Part shown: positions 1 to 12,231 of the stretch, piece by piece
Position numbering within the stretch: the stretch's first letter is position 1
Layout of the letters: every line of letters starts with the position of its first letter
From: Vicugna vicugna
Taxonomy: Eukaryota
NCBI GenBank assembly: GCA_013265495.1
Contig: MU058718.1
Coordinates: forward strand, 3,185,779-3,249,778
DNA: 64,000 nt
Direction: 5' to 3'
The notes under the pieces: generated by a model
Database searches by the model: none
What the model was told of the DNA's origin: nothing
Seen by the model: the letters and a program-made list of their open reading frames with translations, nothing else
Made by a program: the position numbers and the translations under genes

Positions 1-173
1 CCCGAGACACCTCTGGAATTTGAAAAACGCTGTTCATCACATTAAATTCTGAGGGTTACAGATTATTCCTGAAGGAATGATCATCAGAAATGTGTGGTGT
101 CATCTCGGGTTCTGATGAACAAGCGCTATCCGTTTAAATTGTTCTTCTCATAATCCAAGTCCCTTAAAATGAC
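1..173 (-). pseudogene. Candidate exon truncated by the window edge; phase 0 reads VILRDLDYEKNNLNG*RLFIRTRDDTTHF
   Basis: Acceptor gaattctcag|GTC at 173; stops in all frames. Confidence 0.35.
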
Positions 174-312
174 CTGAGAATTCATACATGCAAGGTGACC
201 AGGAGTCGGGATGGGCCAATATTGTGGGAAGTGAAGGTAAAACCTGTATTTTCCCACCTCCCCTTAGCAAACAGAGTGCATACTGCATTGGTCTGGGGCT
301 TGAAACACTCAC

Positions 313-378
313 CGTGGGTTACTGCTTTGGACTTCAGCATTTTTGGGTACAAGAGACATCCTTCAAGAAGAAAATATC
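313..378 (-). pseudogene. Candidate 66-nt exon; open frame GYFLLEGCLLYPKMLKSKAVTH
   Basis: Acceptor ttgttccctcccag|GAT; strong donor CACG|gtgagt. Confidence 0.55.
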
Positions 379-402
379 CTGGGAGGGAACAACATATCAG
401 GC

Positions 403-783
403 TGCCATGGGCTGAACTGTGTCCCCTCAAAATTCATATGTTGAAGTCCCAACCCCTGGTACTTCAGAATGTGACTGCACTTGGAGCCTGGGTCCTTAAA
501 GAGGTAATTCAGTTAAAACCAGACCACAGGGGTGGGCCCTAATCCAATATGACTGGTGTTATTATAAGAGATTAGGATGCAGACATGTCCAGAGGGAAGA
601 CCACACGAAGACCTTGTGAGAAGATGGCCATCTGCAAGTGATGGAGAGAGACCTCAGAAGAAACCAACCCTGCTAACACTTTGATCTCAAATTTCTAGCC
701 TCCAGAATTATGAGAGAATAAATTTCTGTTATTAAGCCACCCAGTTTGTGGTACTTTGTTATGGCAGCCCTAGCAAACAAACA
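403..783 (+). mobile_element. MaLR LTR (MLT1-type) solo LTR
   Basis: Typical MLT1 text: tgtgtcccctcaaaattcatatgttgaagtcc ... aataaatttctgtt ... gtggtactttgttatggcagccctagcaaac. Confidence 0.85.
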
Positions 784-899
784 AACAGTCTAATTACCCT
801 CAAACATGAATGAATGCCAGCAGGGGGAAAAGCAAGCCCTGCTGATTACACAGGAATGCAGACCATGGACCAATCAAGCCCCTGACGGGGATGCTCGGG

Positions 900-1290
900 C
901 ACAGTGTTTCCGAGTGTGAGCTTTGGAATCAACACTAGCCACGGAACCCCAGGTAAGCTACTTAACCTCTCTAAACTGCAGCTGGCTCATCCAGGACGCG
1001 GGGATCATAGTTGCGCCAACCTTATAAAGTTGTTAGGAGTAAATAAAATATGAGGAGAGTGCACAGTGCCTGATGTGGTGAGTTCTCCATAGATTTGTGG
1101 TCATGATAATGGTAAGGGGCCAGGAGAGGAGGCCCTGAGAAGGGGGCCAGGTGAAAGATCAAGTGGGAAGTTGACAGAAGCAGGGGTGTGGGGGGTCACA
1201 GCGAGATTTTAGTCCCAGCTCTGTCGCTGATTAGACAACTTCGAGCAGTCACCTTCCCACTCTAACCCTCAGTTTCCTCCTCTGCACAAT
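900..1290 (+). mobile_element. MIR SINE fragments
   Basis: MIR core-like text (ggtaagctacttaacctctctaaac; ctaaccctcagtttcctcctctgcacaatg); boundaries approximate. Confidence 0.6.
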
Positions 1291-1450
1291 GAGAGGGCAG
1301 ACCACATACAAAAGGAAGAGGGGAAGAGGGAGCGGAAAACACCTGTTTTTCCTCAAAGTGCTCCTGCTTGTTTGCTTTTCCTTTCCACAGATGCCAATCA
1401 TGGATCAGCTCAGAGTCACAGAGGGGACGTAAGCCTAAGTTTCTACTCAC

Positions 1451-1610
1451 TCCTTTTTTTTTCTGTTCCACCAAATTCCCATCCCTGTAGTAGGTACCAT
1501 GACTGGTAAGATGGGCATTTTTGTGGACATTTAGCAGTGATCTGAAGACTCTGGCGGGGCCCCCCGACCTCTCTCTAATGATCTCCATTTGAGTCTCCCC
1601 TCCAAAATTC
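1451..1610 (-). pseudogene. Candidate 160-nt exon, NFGGETQMEIIRERSGGPARVFRSLLNVHKNAHLTSHGTYYRDGNLVEQKKKG
   Basis: Acceptor tttcttggatatcag|G; strong donor AAGGA|gtgagt; open in one frame (within ORF 1262..1621). Confidence 0.45.
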
Positions 1611-2279
1611 CTGATATCCAAGAAAGCTAGACTTCAATGTCCCAGGGCCACATTCCACTGGGTCCTAGAAGAGTGAAAGAGCTTGGATGAGTTAGTTTAG
1701 ACCTTATGTTACCCTAAGATTTACCCTGGCAATAAATTCTCTGTCAACATCAAACTTAATAGCCTTAATCACAAAAATGATTATGTTTATTACATGACAA
1801 TTGATGAGGCTTTGAACGGAGCACGCATTCATTCAGGCAAGCAGCACTTGCTCTGTGCCTGTTTGCTGCCCACATGCTGCGCTAAGTGCTGGGGCTGGAC
1901 ACTGGGAGGAATAAGACACAGCTCTTTCCTGGGGGTGGAAAATTCATAGAATATTAGAGAGTTTTTTAAAAAGTTCATTTTACCATGCTTCTTATATCAA
2001 ATGAGTCAAGGCATATTGCTATTAAAGACTGATAGAAGCCATTATGAAAATAACTAAACTTCCCATCAATTGCCCATTTCTCACCTCACCTGTTCAGTAA
2101 AGGCCTACAGCACTTTTTCCAAATTCCAGGACTCAGACTCATGCTAATAACAGGACATTTCTCAAGTCTGGGAACCAGAAAGATGCAGGTCCCTCACTGG
2201 CTGCTCGGGCAGACCTATGAATAAACAGAAAGATCTGGTATCCTGGTCAAAACAAGTTCTTGTTATTCTGACTCTGCTA

Positions 2280-2651
2280 TTCTCTGGCACCCAAGCTGAG
2301 CCCATTCCTAGAAGTAATAGGACTGGAAAACATCGAGATCAAGATCCGGGGACTAACAGGCAAATCCCCCCGGGGTAGATACTGGGCATGGAAGTAACCG
2401 ATGAAGAGTGGTTATCAAAGGGGAGCATAGTTTTCTGATTCCAGAGTCCCCGGGTCTCATATGCACATGTATGGACTTCCAGGGCAAGCTTCCCATGCCT
2501 CAATCACCAAAGGAAAAGGGGGGTTGAACACACTCAGAAAGTTCCACCCCAGTCTTTACAACACGGTTTGAATAGAGTGTAGAAGGGCGCAAGTTCCATT
2601 TTACAAGATAAAGTTTAAAGAGTGTATGGATGCCTTTCATTGCCACTTGTT
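2280..2651 (-). pseudogene. Candidate exon with stops or frameshift (EQVAMKGIHTLFKLYLVKWNL... then PLFIGYFHAQYLPRGDLPVSPRILISMFSS in another frame); donor uncertain
   Basis: Strong acceptor ttttccccttcccctag|AAC at 2651; lower boundary approximate. Confidence 0.4.
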
Positions 2652-2735
2652 CTAGGGGAAGGGGAAAAACAAAAATAAAAACAAAAATAGCAGCCCCAAG
2701 TTTGTAAGGAGGAAAATAATGCAAGGTTTAACATG

Positions 2736-2887
2736 TGAGAGAGAAAGAGAAAGGTCAGAAAGGGGGTGGGGAGAAGAAAGAAGGAGAAGATGATGGAAGG
2801 GGAGGAGAGGAAGGAAGGCAGGGAGAGGGAGGGAAGGGGGAGAGAGGAGAGGGGAAGGGATGGGAAGGGAAGGGAAGGGAAGGGGAA
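2736..2887 (+). repeat. Purine-rich low-complexity tract ending in (GGGAA)n
   Basis: About 150 nt almost entirely G/A. Confidence 0.9.
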
Positions 2888-2922
2888 ATGCAGTATTTGT
2901 CAAGCTCTGTCAATAAACCTGC

Positions 2923-3175
2923 CTGCATGCATATAGATGAACTCGGCTGGCTTGATAATAAAGATTCTAACAGAGAACTTCTTTGAAGGTTCTCCATATA
3001 ATAGCAACCCTAGAGCTCCCTGGTGGGTGGACTTCTTCAAAAAGGATACACGATCAAAATCCTTCCCCAGCCAGAGATGACGCAAAGCTGCCTCACATAT
3101 CTCACTTTCATACTGTAATGAGTTGTGAAGGAGATGCTCTGCTTTAAATTCTTGACTACACAGATCATTTAAATG
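2923..3175 (-). pseudogene. Candidate 253-nt open exon, HLNDLCSQEFKAEHLLHNSLQYESEICEAALRHLWLGKDFDRVSFLKKSTHQGALGLLLYGEPSKKFSVRIFIIKPAEFIYMHA
   Basis: Acceptor ctttttatttgtaag|CAT; 84 open codons (ORF 2900..3271); donor either GCAG|gcaggt (GC type) or CAG|gtttat 4 nt further on. Confidence 0.55.
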
Positions 3176-3429
3176 CTTACAAATAAAAAGACTCATGAGA
3201 TATGCCTTTAAAATGTGTATTTTTAGATGAAATAAAGGCTTTTCTGAAGCTAGAAGTTTCCACACCTGCAACTAGAAGTTTCTTATGAGAAAACTAAAAC
3301 AGAACATATCCCAGAAAGTTGGTCTGTAGAACAAAGTGATCCTTCTCTGCTTTGCCAAGTTAAGAATATGTTCAATCAATGGAAAGAAAATGCTAAGTTT
3401 TGAAGAAAGAACTAGTAGCTAGCACTAAG

Positions 3430-3600
3430 AGGTAATGTTAGTTGAGCACTTACTATGTGCATTTGCTCTTCCCAACAACTCATGAGGTGGGTACTATTAT
3501 TCTTCTCGTTTCATAGATTAAGGCAATTGAGGTTTAGTGATATTAAACAACTTGTCCAAGGTCATGGGATTTGTCAATGGTGGAAGATAACTAGGAACCT
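3430..3600 (-). mobile_element. MIR SINE
   Basis: ttgagcacttactatgtgc ... ggtactattatt ... gaggtttagtgatattaaacaacttgtccaaggtca. Confidence 0.75.
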
Positions 3601-3881
3601 GTGTTGCACGAATAAGTAGGTGCTTCCCCCAGCGCCGACCTATTCTTGCAACTATTGCGTTGCACTGTCATCCTACAGATTAAAAAGAAAAGCATCTTAA
3701 TCTTCAATTGTCTGGTGAAATGCCCGGTGATTCCTCTGCTTTGGAGTCAAAAGTATGTATAGTGCAACAGACTCTCTTCCACTCTTTGCTGCCTCTCTGG
3801 CGTTTCCAAAGCTTGCCCTCTTGTTGGCTGCTCAGCACAGGAGGGACCTGGAACCTATGGCCTGTTTTATTCTCTCTCCAG

Positions 3882-3976
3882 CTGGAGCCAAAAGCTGCTT
3901 CGCCCCGTCAGGCTTGGCCCAGCTACTCTCTCCCACAGCAAGGGGTGTGCAGTCCCCGGAGAGACATCACACACCG
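3882..3976 (+). other. Isolated plus-strand (antisense) exon candidate, 95 nt
   Basis: Acceptor ttttattctctctccag|CTG; donor ACCG|gtgagt. Confidence 0.35.
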
Positions 3977-4118
3977 GTGAGTACTGAAGATAGCCGTGCC
4001 CTACGGCAAGGAGGGGCCAGGAAACACTCCACAGGGAAGTCTGGAGTCACAGGACTGGCAAGAAACACACCATCCACGGAGAAAAGGGAAGTGCAGAGCT
4101 CTTCCGCCCTCAGTTAAC

Positions 4119-4330
4119 ATGTGTGTGGAAGAATCCTCTGTTAAGTACAAACGCAGCACATGTAAGATCTCAATTCTTCTGTCATCGGTGTCAGTCACTG
4201 TCTTTGAAGATGGGCTAGTGACGTGTTCATTCTTGCTGGCCGGCCATCTTGCAGTCATTTGTCAACAATTTCGTACATGTAAGGGATGGGAAAGTAAGTC
4301 AGGCTCCAATCCATCAAAGGCTGTGACATC
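4119..4330 (-). pseudogene. Candidate exon, (R)MSQPLMDWSLTYFPIPYMYEIVDK* with a possible shift into the TDTDDRRIEILHVLRLYLTEDSS frame; donor uncertain
   Basis: Acceptor cagctcttttccag|GAT at 4330; phase-2 entry matches the 10185 donor. Confidence 0.5.
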
Positions 4331-4649
4331 CTGGAAAAGAGCTGAAGTGGGAGGAGGATAAACAAGCCCCGTCAGAGCAGGAACTCTGTGTATCTCAGTG
4401 ACTGTCAGTGCTCCATGAATATGTGTCAAAAAAAGGAGGAGGAGGAAGAGGAGAGATGAAACTATTGCTCCCACTAGAAAAGTGCCATTTGATGCTCACC
4501 TGAGCCTCAGGCTCCTGCTTGTTCTCAAGATCTAATGATGCCTTCAGTGGGAGACATTAACATTTGTCGAGCATCAGTGTAGCACTGAGTCAATTTGCTG
4601 CCAGGTTCTTTGACTACGTACTTAAGTCAGGAATGAGAGTGGCTGTAAG

Positions 4650-5172
4650 TTTCAGTTATCTATTGCTACATATAAACCATCCCTAAACACAGAGGCCTAA
4701 AACAACAGCAATCACTGATTTGCCCGTAATTCCGTAATTTGGTCAGGATTCAGTGGGGACAGTTTGCTCCACAGAGTGTCAGCTGGGATAGCTCAACTGG
4801 AGCTGGATGGTCCACTTCCAAGATGACTCACTCACAAGGCTGTCAAATTAGTGCTGGCTGTCAGCTGGGACTTCAACTCGGGCCGTTGGCCAGAGGCCTC
4901 ATTCCTCCCCTCCCGAGGCCTGTCCACATGGCTTCTAGGGCTTTTTCACAACATGGTGCTGGGCGGCTAGGTTCCAAGGGCAAGTATTCCGAGAACACAA
5001 GCCCCAGTATGAAAGAACTTATCAAGCTCTCACTGGCACTATACTTGCTAATGTCCCATTGTCCAAAGACATTTCCATGACCAAGTCCAGAGTCTGTATG
5101 GTTAGTTCCACGACCAAGTCCAGAACCAGGAGTTGTGGTTCATTGTTGGCCACCAAAGAAATAGTTTACCAC
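4650..5172 (-). mobile_element. MaLR LTR (older MLT1-type)
   Basis: tcagttatctattgctacatataaaccatccctaaacac ... tccacttccaagatgactcactcacaaggctg. Confidence 0.75.
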
Positions 5173-6739
5173 AAAGTATGATCATTTTTCTTTCCATTAG
5201 TAGAGAAAAATGGAAAATTGGTGTTAACTGCCTACTTCTATGTTTTCTATTAGCCAGAAACAATACTAATGTTTCCTAAGTTTTCAAATGGCTTAGAAAA
5301 ACTGTCAGGGGAAAAAGCACTCTGAAATTAAAAAAAAGTTATGGGTATATAAAATCAGGAAAATAGAAATCCTTATTTGAAAAACAAACAAAAAACTGTT
5401 CTGGAACAACATGTGACTGGGAGATGATTATGTTACAGATGAAAATCATGGCATTCTGGCCAAAAAAACATGTATAAAGTACACAAATGACGCAGGGGTG
5501 TCAATGCCAAAAGTCAATAAAGGTTCATGAAGAAATAATAAAGACTTTTCAGGTATAGTCAGAAAAACAGAAGCAAGAAAATAGTTCAATTTTGTGAGCA
5601 GCAACATTTCAGCCGGGCTTTTGAAGGGTTGTTAATTTGACTGATATTTTATCTTTTTTCAATGACAAAATTGTTAAGATAATGGATGACAAATATTTTG
5701 AAGGATTGGATTAGAATTCAGGTTAACTGATCAAAGAGAAGAACACTATTATTTTTTGAGCTGTTAGATGTTCCGAACCTATATTAAGAAATTCATGTAC
5801 CTATACCTTCACACAGAAAAACTTTAGCCTCAAAGAGTTTTTGTCATCTTCTCAAGGTCACGCTGCTGGTCAGTGTGGGAGACAGAATCTGAAGTCAGAT
5901 CTGTCTGCTTATTTTGATCAATTCGTTAGATAACAATTTTCTGTAAATGGAAGCATTTGTTTTTTCACTGACTCTATGAAACTGTAAAATATATTTGCAA
6001 ACAAAATTAATACTGATCAAATATGCAATAAAATATTGTATATAAGAATTCTGAAAGCTATTCTAGTCCCAAGCAGAACTGAAAAAAATTTTTAATGAAA
6101 TGATGATAACTCTCAAACTAATTAACCAAATCCAATCCTGAACCTTCAAAGATCAGATTATGAACATGTTTCCCTGTGACGAGAGAATTTTTAAAAGTAA
6201 TAAATTGCTTCTTTCTTTATTCCAAATATTCCCTTTTAAATCCTCTAAAAGTTAAAAAAAAAACTAGATACTTCCTTAAAAACTTCAAAACAACTTGTGC
6301 TCTGAAGTCTTTATCTTAGCTTACTTGTTTATTTACTATGGGTTTCTCCCCAATTTTTATTAACTAAAAATTTTGCCCTGCTTAAGCCAGGAATAGTAAC
6401 AAGGTGCATTTAATTGATTCATCTGTTTGACACCCTTTGTAAGTTTTTGATGCTAGTGAAAAAATTCGCTCACTTTTATGTTCCTTCTTAGAACTAAAAA
6501 GGGTATGTATAGGGATTGACCATTACTATAGCAGTAACAGTAGCTCTATCAGATGCTGCTAAAATCCCTAGATTCCTAATTTATTGCTTTTTCCAAAGCT
6601 GGCATTTCTTCACAGTGAGGAACACAACCCAGCAGTGCTGCAGCAGAAGTGTAGACCATAAGCAGGAGGAGAGCTCACGGGGCTATGAGATGGGTCTTCC
6701 AGGTCATTTTTCTCAGAGCTCTATTAGAATTAAATGTGC

Positions 6740-7010
6740 AATTGGACTCAGGAACTTAGGCAAGTAGTGGAAAATCTGGAAAGCGTCCAGAAAAGAGTTG
6801 TGAAAATTATTGAAAGACCAAGAAAATAGGTCTTATGAGAAATCCACAAGAACTAGGACCATTTATTCTACAAAAGAGATGCCCCCAGTGAAGGGGATTG
6901 AGGCACAAAATGAGGACATCTGTAAGGAGTGCAAGATTCTAAAAGAGATTGCCAGGAAGGGGAGCTGACTTAAAAAACAGGCTAGAAGCATCTTTCTCTA
7001 GTGTTGCCCA
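6740..7010 (+). mobile_element. L3/CR1 LINE fragment
   Basis: ctggaaagcgtccagaaaagagttgtgaaaatt ... ggtcttatgagaaatccacaagaactagg resembles the CR1/L3 3' ORF2 region. Confidence 0.55.
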
Positions 7011-7362
7011 AGGACAGATTTACACTCAACCATCAACAACAGAACTGGCCTCATTTCTGGGCCATTAATTATTCACAGGATCCAATGAGATTCAGAGGCG
7101 AGGCTAGGGGTCAAACCCCTGGCTCCACATCCCCATGTTTTGTTTACAGGGGATTCTTTCAGTGCAACACTGAGGAGTTGCTAATGGTAATGTGCTCTCA
7201 GGAGTCCACCCAGGGTCCTGGAAGGAATTCAGGTTTGGAGTTCAAGTGGACCTGGGTTGAAACTCCAGCTCTGGCATTTTTTCAGTTGGTAAATTCTTAA
7301 TTCTTAGTTTTTCAGAGCTTTGTTTTCTCAACTCTTGGATGAGGATAATAATGCTTATTTTA

Positions 7363-8122
7363 TTAAAAAAATTTTTTTTATTTAAGTGTAGTTGATTTAC
7401 AATGTTAATTTCAGATTACAGCTAAGTGATTCAGTTATACATATATATACACACATATTTTCAGATTCTTTTCCATTAATAGCTTATTATAAGAAATTGA
7501 ATATAGTGCCCTGTGCTATATAGTAAGTCCTTGTTGTTTATCTATTTTATATATAGTAATGTATATCTGTTAATCCCACTCCTAATGTAGCCCACTTTCA
7601 TTCCTTGCCCCTTTGGTAACCATAGTTTTGTTTTTTATGTCTGAGTCTATTTCTGGTTTGAAAAAAAAATTCATATCATTTTTTAAATTCCACCTATAAG
7701 TGATATCACATGGTATTTCTATTTCTCTTTCTGACTTACTTCACTTAATAGGATAAATTCTATGTCCATCCATATTGCTGCAAATGGCATCATTTCATTA
7801 TTACTTCTTTTTTATGGCTGAGTAATATTCCTGTGTGTGTGTGTATGTATGTGTATATATATATATACTGTATCTTCTTTATCAATTCATCTGTCAGTGG
7901 ACATGTAGGTTGCTTCCATGTCTTGGCTATTGTAAATAGTGCTGCTGTGGGTTGGGGTTCATGTACCTTTTTGAATTAGAGTTCTCTCCAGATATATGCC
8001 CAGGAGTGGATTGCTGGATCATATGGTAACTGATTTTTAGTTCTTTAAGGAATCTCCAATATTGTCCTCCACAGTGACTGAATCAGTTTACATTCCCACC
8101 AACAGTGTAGGAGGATTCCTTT
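7363..8122 (-). mobile_element. 5'-truncated L1 (3' UTR region) inserted into a MIR
   Basis: Poly-T followed by antisense L1 3' UTR; flanking near-duplicate taataatgct(t/c)a(t/c)ttta at about 7346 and 8123; MIR halves on both sides. Confidence 0.85.
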
Positions 8123-8794
8123 TAATAATGCTCACTTTAAAATGCTGTGAGGATCAAATGAGACGATATATGTAAAACTCCTAATCCACAGTAGGTGCTT
8201 AACAGGTCTTGGTCCCTCTCCCTTCCCTTGACCGGGCAGGACTGTAGGAATGGGGAGGGTGGAAGAAGTGTGTAGTTGGAGCATGAAGAGGGACTACATA
8301 CATTTTATGGCTAAATTTCAATTTTTCAAATATCAGCAACATGTAAAAACTATCCTCCGGGTCAACCAATCTTCAAGTGATAGTTCAAGGAGGCTCAGAT
8401 TCCTATTCATTGCATTCCAAGGTCTGTTTCATGTCTCAAGTATTCTCTGAATGCCAAGTTCTTTGCCAGGCACTTTCCATCCTAACACAACATGTTATTG
8501 ACCCTATTTTATAATTGAGGAAACTGAGACCCTGGAAGATTATGTCCTTGCTAATCAAGACACATGGCGACCAAGTCACAGAGCTGGAATTGGAACCAGG
8601 TTCTTTCCCGCACCTGAAATGGTGAAGGGGTAGGGAGAAGAAACAGGACTCGCTCAGGCATATAGAACTACCCGGTGGGGCAGAGCTAGAGTTAGAATTT
8701 CAAGCCACCAAGTACACAATGACTGGTGAACCAAAGCATCAGGCTCTGGTGCCTGGAATCTATCACCATGTCTACATGCCATGAAAAAGATGTT

Positions 8795-8992
8795 AGATAC
8801 ACACTACTATATATAAAAGAGATAAACAACAAGGTCCTGCTGTATAGCACAGGGAACTATATTCAATACCTTGTAATAGCCAATAATGAAAAAAATATGA
8901 AAAGGATATATATATAGCTGAATCACTATTCTGTACACCAGAAATTTACACAACATTGTAAACCAACTATACTTCAATTAAAAAAAAAAAAG
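8795..8992 (+). mobile_element. Short L1 3' end with poly-A
   Basis: gataaacaacaaggtcctgctgtatagcacagggaactatattcaata ... poly-A; TSD aaaaagatgtt on both sides. Confidence 0.85.
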
Positions 8993-9589
8993 ATGTTTCC
9001 AGAAGCAAGGCCTGAGCAATCAGCTTGAAACCCAGTGCAATGGATGTGTTACCAGGAAGATAACAGAACTTAAGTGAGTTTCTGAGGGCACAGAAAGAGC
9101 CCTCTCTGCCCCGTCCCCAGTAAGTCTTAAGTGTCACTTGGCTCACAGTCCTTCCCAGCCTGTGCCAGCCTGCCGCTCTGTACCTACAAGCAGCTCTCCA
9201 TCCACTTAAGGTACGCAGGTGGGAACAGAGCAATTCTGACTCATCATTAGGCAGTTCCAGCCTTGTGCTATTTGCCTTTCTTCACCCCGTCACCAAGTTA
9301 ATGGGTTGTATTAACAGCGATATTTATAGACCACAAATTGAACCCCAAAGCAGCAGCTATGCCCATCCCTTTAGAAAGGGCCTATTCATCGTGGCTCTCA
9401 CACTCGCAGGGCTGCTATTTCCTGGTGGCCCTAATCCCGATGTGCTTGCCAGATAGTACATGTGTTTCTTTTCCTTTCATGTAAGAATTTTTTGGCTACA
9501 GTGATTGAGGGAAAAAAGGGTAATGAAAGAACATGCATGATATGGTTCCTAATGTTTTGTATCCTGGTTATTATGCCCTGTCACACTTA

Positions 9590-9982
9590 GAATAAAATAA
9601 AAAAGTATTCCTATGACCTACTCTTCTTGATCAGACCCCCATACACACACACAGCCCAACTCCCATTTCTCTCCCCCTTGGTCACCTGGCTCCAGCCACT
9701 GTGGCCTCTTTGTGGCTCCTGGAAGACACTTAGCAGTGTCTACCCCAGGACCTTTGCACTTGCTTTTCCAGATGCCTGGAACTCTCTTCCCTTCCATGGC
9801 CTTGGGACAGACTCCCTTAGTCCAGGTCTCTGCTCAGATGGTAACTGAACAGAGAACTTCCCTGACCATCCTGTTCCAAATAGCACCTTCAGTCATTTTA
9901 TCTTTTACCCTGCTTTATTGTTCTTCTTAGCACTCATCTATTTGACATTATGTTGTATACCTGCTTGCTGATTTGAACTCAG

Positions 9983-10024
<42 letters not shown>

Positions 10025-10140
10025 AATGGATGCTCACAAGGGCAGAGTTGTATCTGTCCTGTTCACTGCTATGGCCTCAGCACTTGGGACAAAGCCAGGC
10101 CCACTGTACGCACACGACAAACAGTGGTTGGATGAGTGAT
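9590..10140 (+). mobile_element. L2 LINE 3' fragment containing a (CA)n microsatellite (about 9986-10022)
   Basis: ggacctttgcacttgcttttccagatgcctggaac ... ctcacaagggcagag ... cagcacttgggacaaagccaggc. Confidence 0.75.
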
Positions 10141-10184
10141 TGTTACGTGAGGTGAGATTAACTTTTAAGGTGTCATAAAGATAC

Positions 10185-10287
10185 CTAAAATTTATATATA
10201 TCCACTGCCAGCCAGCCTCACAAGATGTTAAAAACAAGAGTTTCAATTTATTGTCAAAAGAGTAGCCTCTGGAAAGCTGCTCCTTCC
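10185..10287 (-). pseudogene. Candidate 103-nt open exon, KEQLSRGYSFDNKLKLLFLTSCEAGWQWIYINF (phase 1 to 2)
   Basis: Acceptor ctttccttccacatcaag|GG; donor TTTAG|gtatct; only one frame open. Confidence 0.55.
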
Positions 10288-11983
10288 CTTGATGTGGAAG
10301 GAAAGAATTAGATGCAGGTAAGGAAAACAAGGAAAGATCTAGTTCCCGGTTATAAGGACACAATCATTTTAATGGAGGACAGTAGCTAAACCTACTGCTG
10401 CTTTCAACAATATCTGGATCTTGAGCTTATCTAGAGACGTGTTCCAAAAAGTGCTTAAACTTTGTGGCAGAGTATTTCACACACCATTCCAAACACCATG
10501 AAAAATACAGTTGGTGGAACAGATAAGGAACATTTTAATCTAAGGTTTTACCCTAAAGAGCTCATAGCTCACCTGAGGTCTTTACAAGTCAGTGGAAAAC
10601 ATGAAGGGCTGGAACCCAGGTGTCCCCTTTGGTTGAGTTTCTCCCAAACATACTTATTTCCGCCAGTTGCCTCCTCCCTTGGGCTTTTACTTTAACAAAT
10701 TATTAGCTCTTTGGCACGAAACCCTTTTGTCCCTCCCTTTTCCAAAGGAAAACTCATATTTATTTTAGAACAAAAGCCAGCACTTCCTAAACTGTATTCT
10801 AGATAATATGCAAGGTATTTACAGCTACTCCTCAAACTGAAAACATACACACACACACACACACACACATATATATGTATATTCCAATAAGTTTTGGAAA
10901 CTAATATTCTGTCTCTTTCTCCTCTATAAAAGTATGTAGTGCACTGAAGACCCTGAGAAGTCATGCAACACAGAAATTATCTATTTTTGTTTAAACTTAT
11001 TTAACTGAAGAACATTATATTTTTTTCCTAGAAACTTCTCACAGACACAATTGAGGCAATAAATACTTCTATCTTTCTATCTATACACACACGAAATAAA
11101 CAATAAGGCATTTATGATGCGTTGCTTGTAAGTGAACAGAAATATACAGAAACAAGACCAGATGTCATATGCATACATATGTGTTCCCAGAAGTGCCAGC
11201 ATCTAGCCCCCTGGAGGAACAGACAATGGACTAGTCAGAGCAAACCAAGTGTCTGTGCAAAGCTAAGGCTGCAGAAGGCCGGCAGAAAGGAACCGGGAGC
11301 AGGTAGACCAGGCACGCTATTCAGTTTTTCGCCCAGCACCTCATCTCTAGGAACTGCTTCAACCCACTCACACACCATCCAAAGATGTCTCTGTCATCCG
11401 GAATCCCTGCCTCACAGCTGCAGTTGACTGGTGCATGAAGAGGGTCCTCCACTAAGACTGGCCAACTAGTCTTAGTGAACATAAGACTTAGTGACCCTAG
11501 GAGGTTTGGGTCCGCAAATGAAAGGCCATAAGAAAAAGAATAAATGTGGCACTGAGAGAGAAGCTGAGGCAGAGATTAGGAGAAAGGAGGCTTTCCCAAA
11601 GAGCCCTCCAGCCTCCTCAACTGCATCCTCCCCGTGGGAGTCCATGAGACATCCGTCTAAGCCACCAATAATTCTTCTCGCTTCTCCCTTTGTCCTGCTC
11701 TTTTGCTAGAATTGGTTCCTGCCCTTTGCAGACCAGCTAATACAGCAGGGCAGGAGGGACATAGTGAATGCGTCAGAGCCAGCAGGGAACAAACGCTAGA
11801 ACATGTAACCCACTCACTTGTCATTTTCCATTCCCCAGACTCTTCCTTTTCTCCTTCTCTGTATTTTCAATGGGAAAAAAAAAAAGTGCAGTTTTCATGG
11901 AAGGAACAGAAACTGATTTTGTAGCATGAGAAGCCAAGGAATCTTGCATTTAGATGTTCCTCAGTCTATCAAAACCTGATTAC

Positions 11984-12231
11984 TTCAATAAATGCTCTCG
12001 GATTGTCCCAATGTTTTATGCAAGTTCTTTGAGAGGCTCATGTACTATATCACACTTTGCCTCTTAAAGGTCTTTTTCTTTCTTAGGACCTCTGAAGCTT
12101 TTTTCTGAAGGGAGAATTCTAGGTGATTCATTCTGTTTCAGTACAAACATTATTTAGCTCTGTTAAAGCTCATTGATTTTGTAGTTGCACTTAAGACGCG
12201 TAGCTCTAGATTGAAATCTGTACTTTGATGG
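11984..12231 (-). pseudogene. Candidate 248-nt exon with four in-frame stops (HQSTDFNLELRVLSATTKSMSFNRAK*CLY*NRMNHLEFSLQKKASEVLRKKK...)
   Basis: Acceptor tactccctgcctccag|C; donor GAA|gtaatc; phase 2 to 1 bridges both neighbours. Confidence 0.4.

Noticed and set aside
2985..3050. GALGLLLYGEP resembling the PA-domain GAxGxxxYxDP motif
   Set aside because: Match too short and no other PA or M28 peptidase features seen; not used for naming
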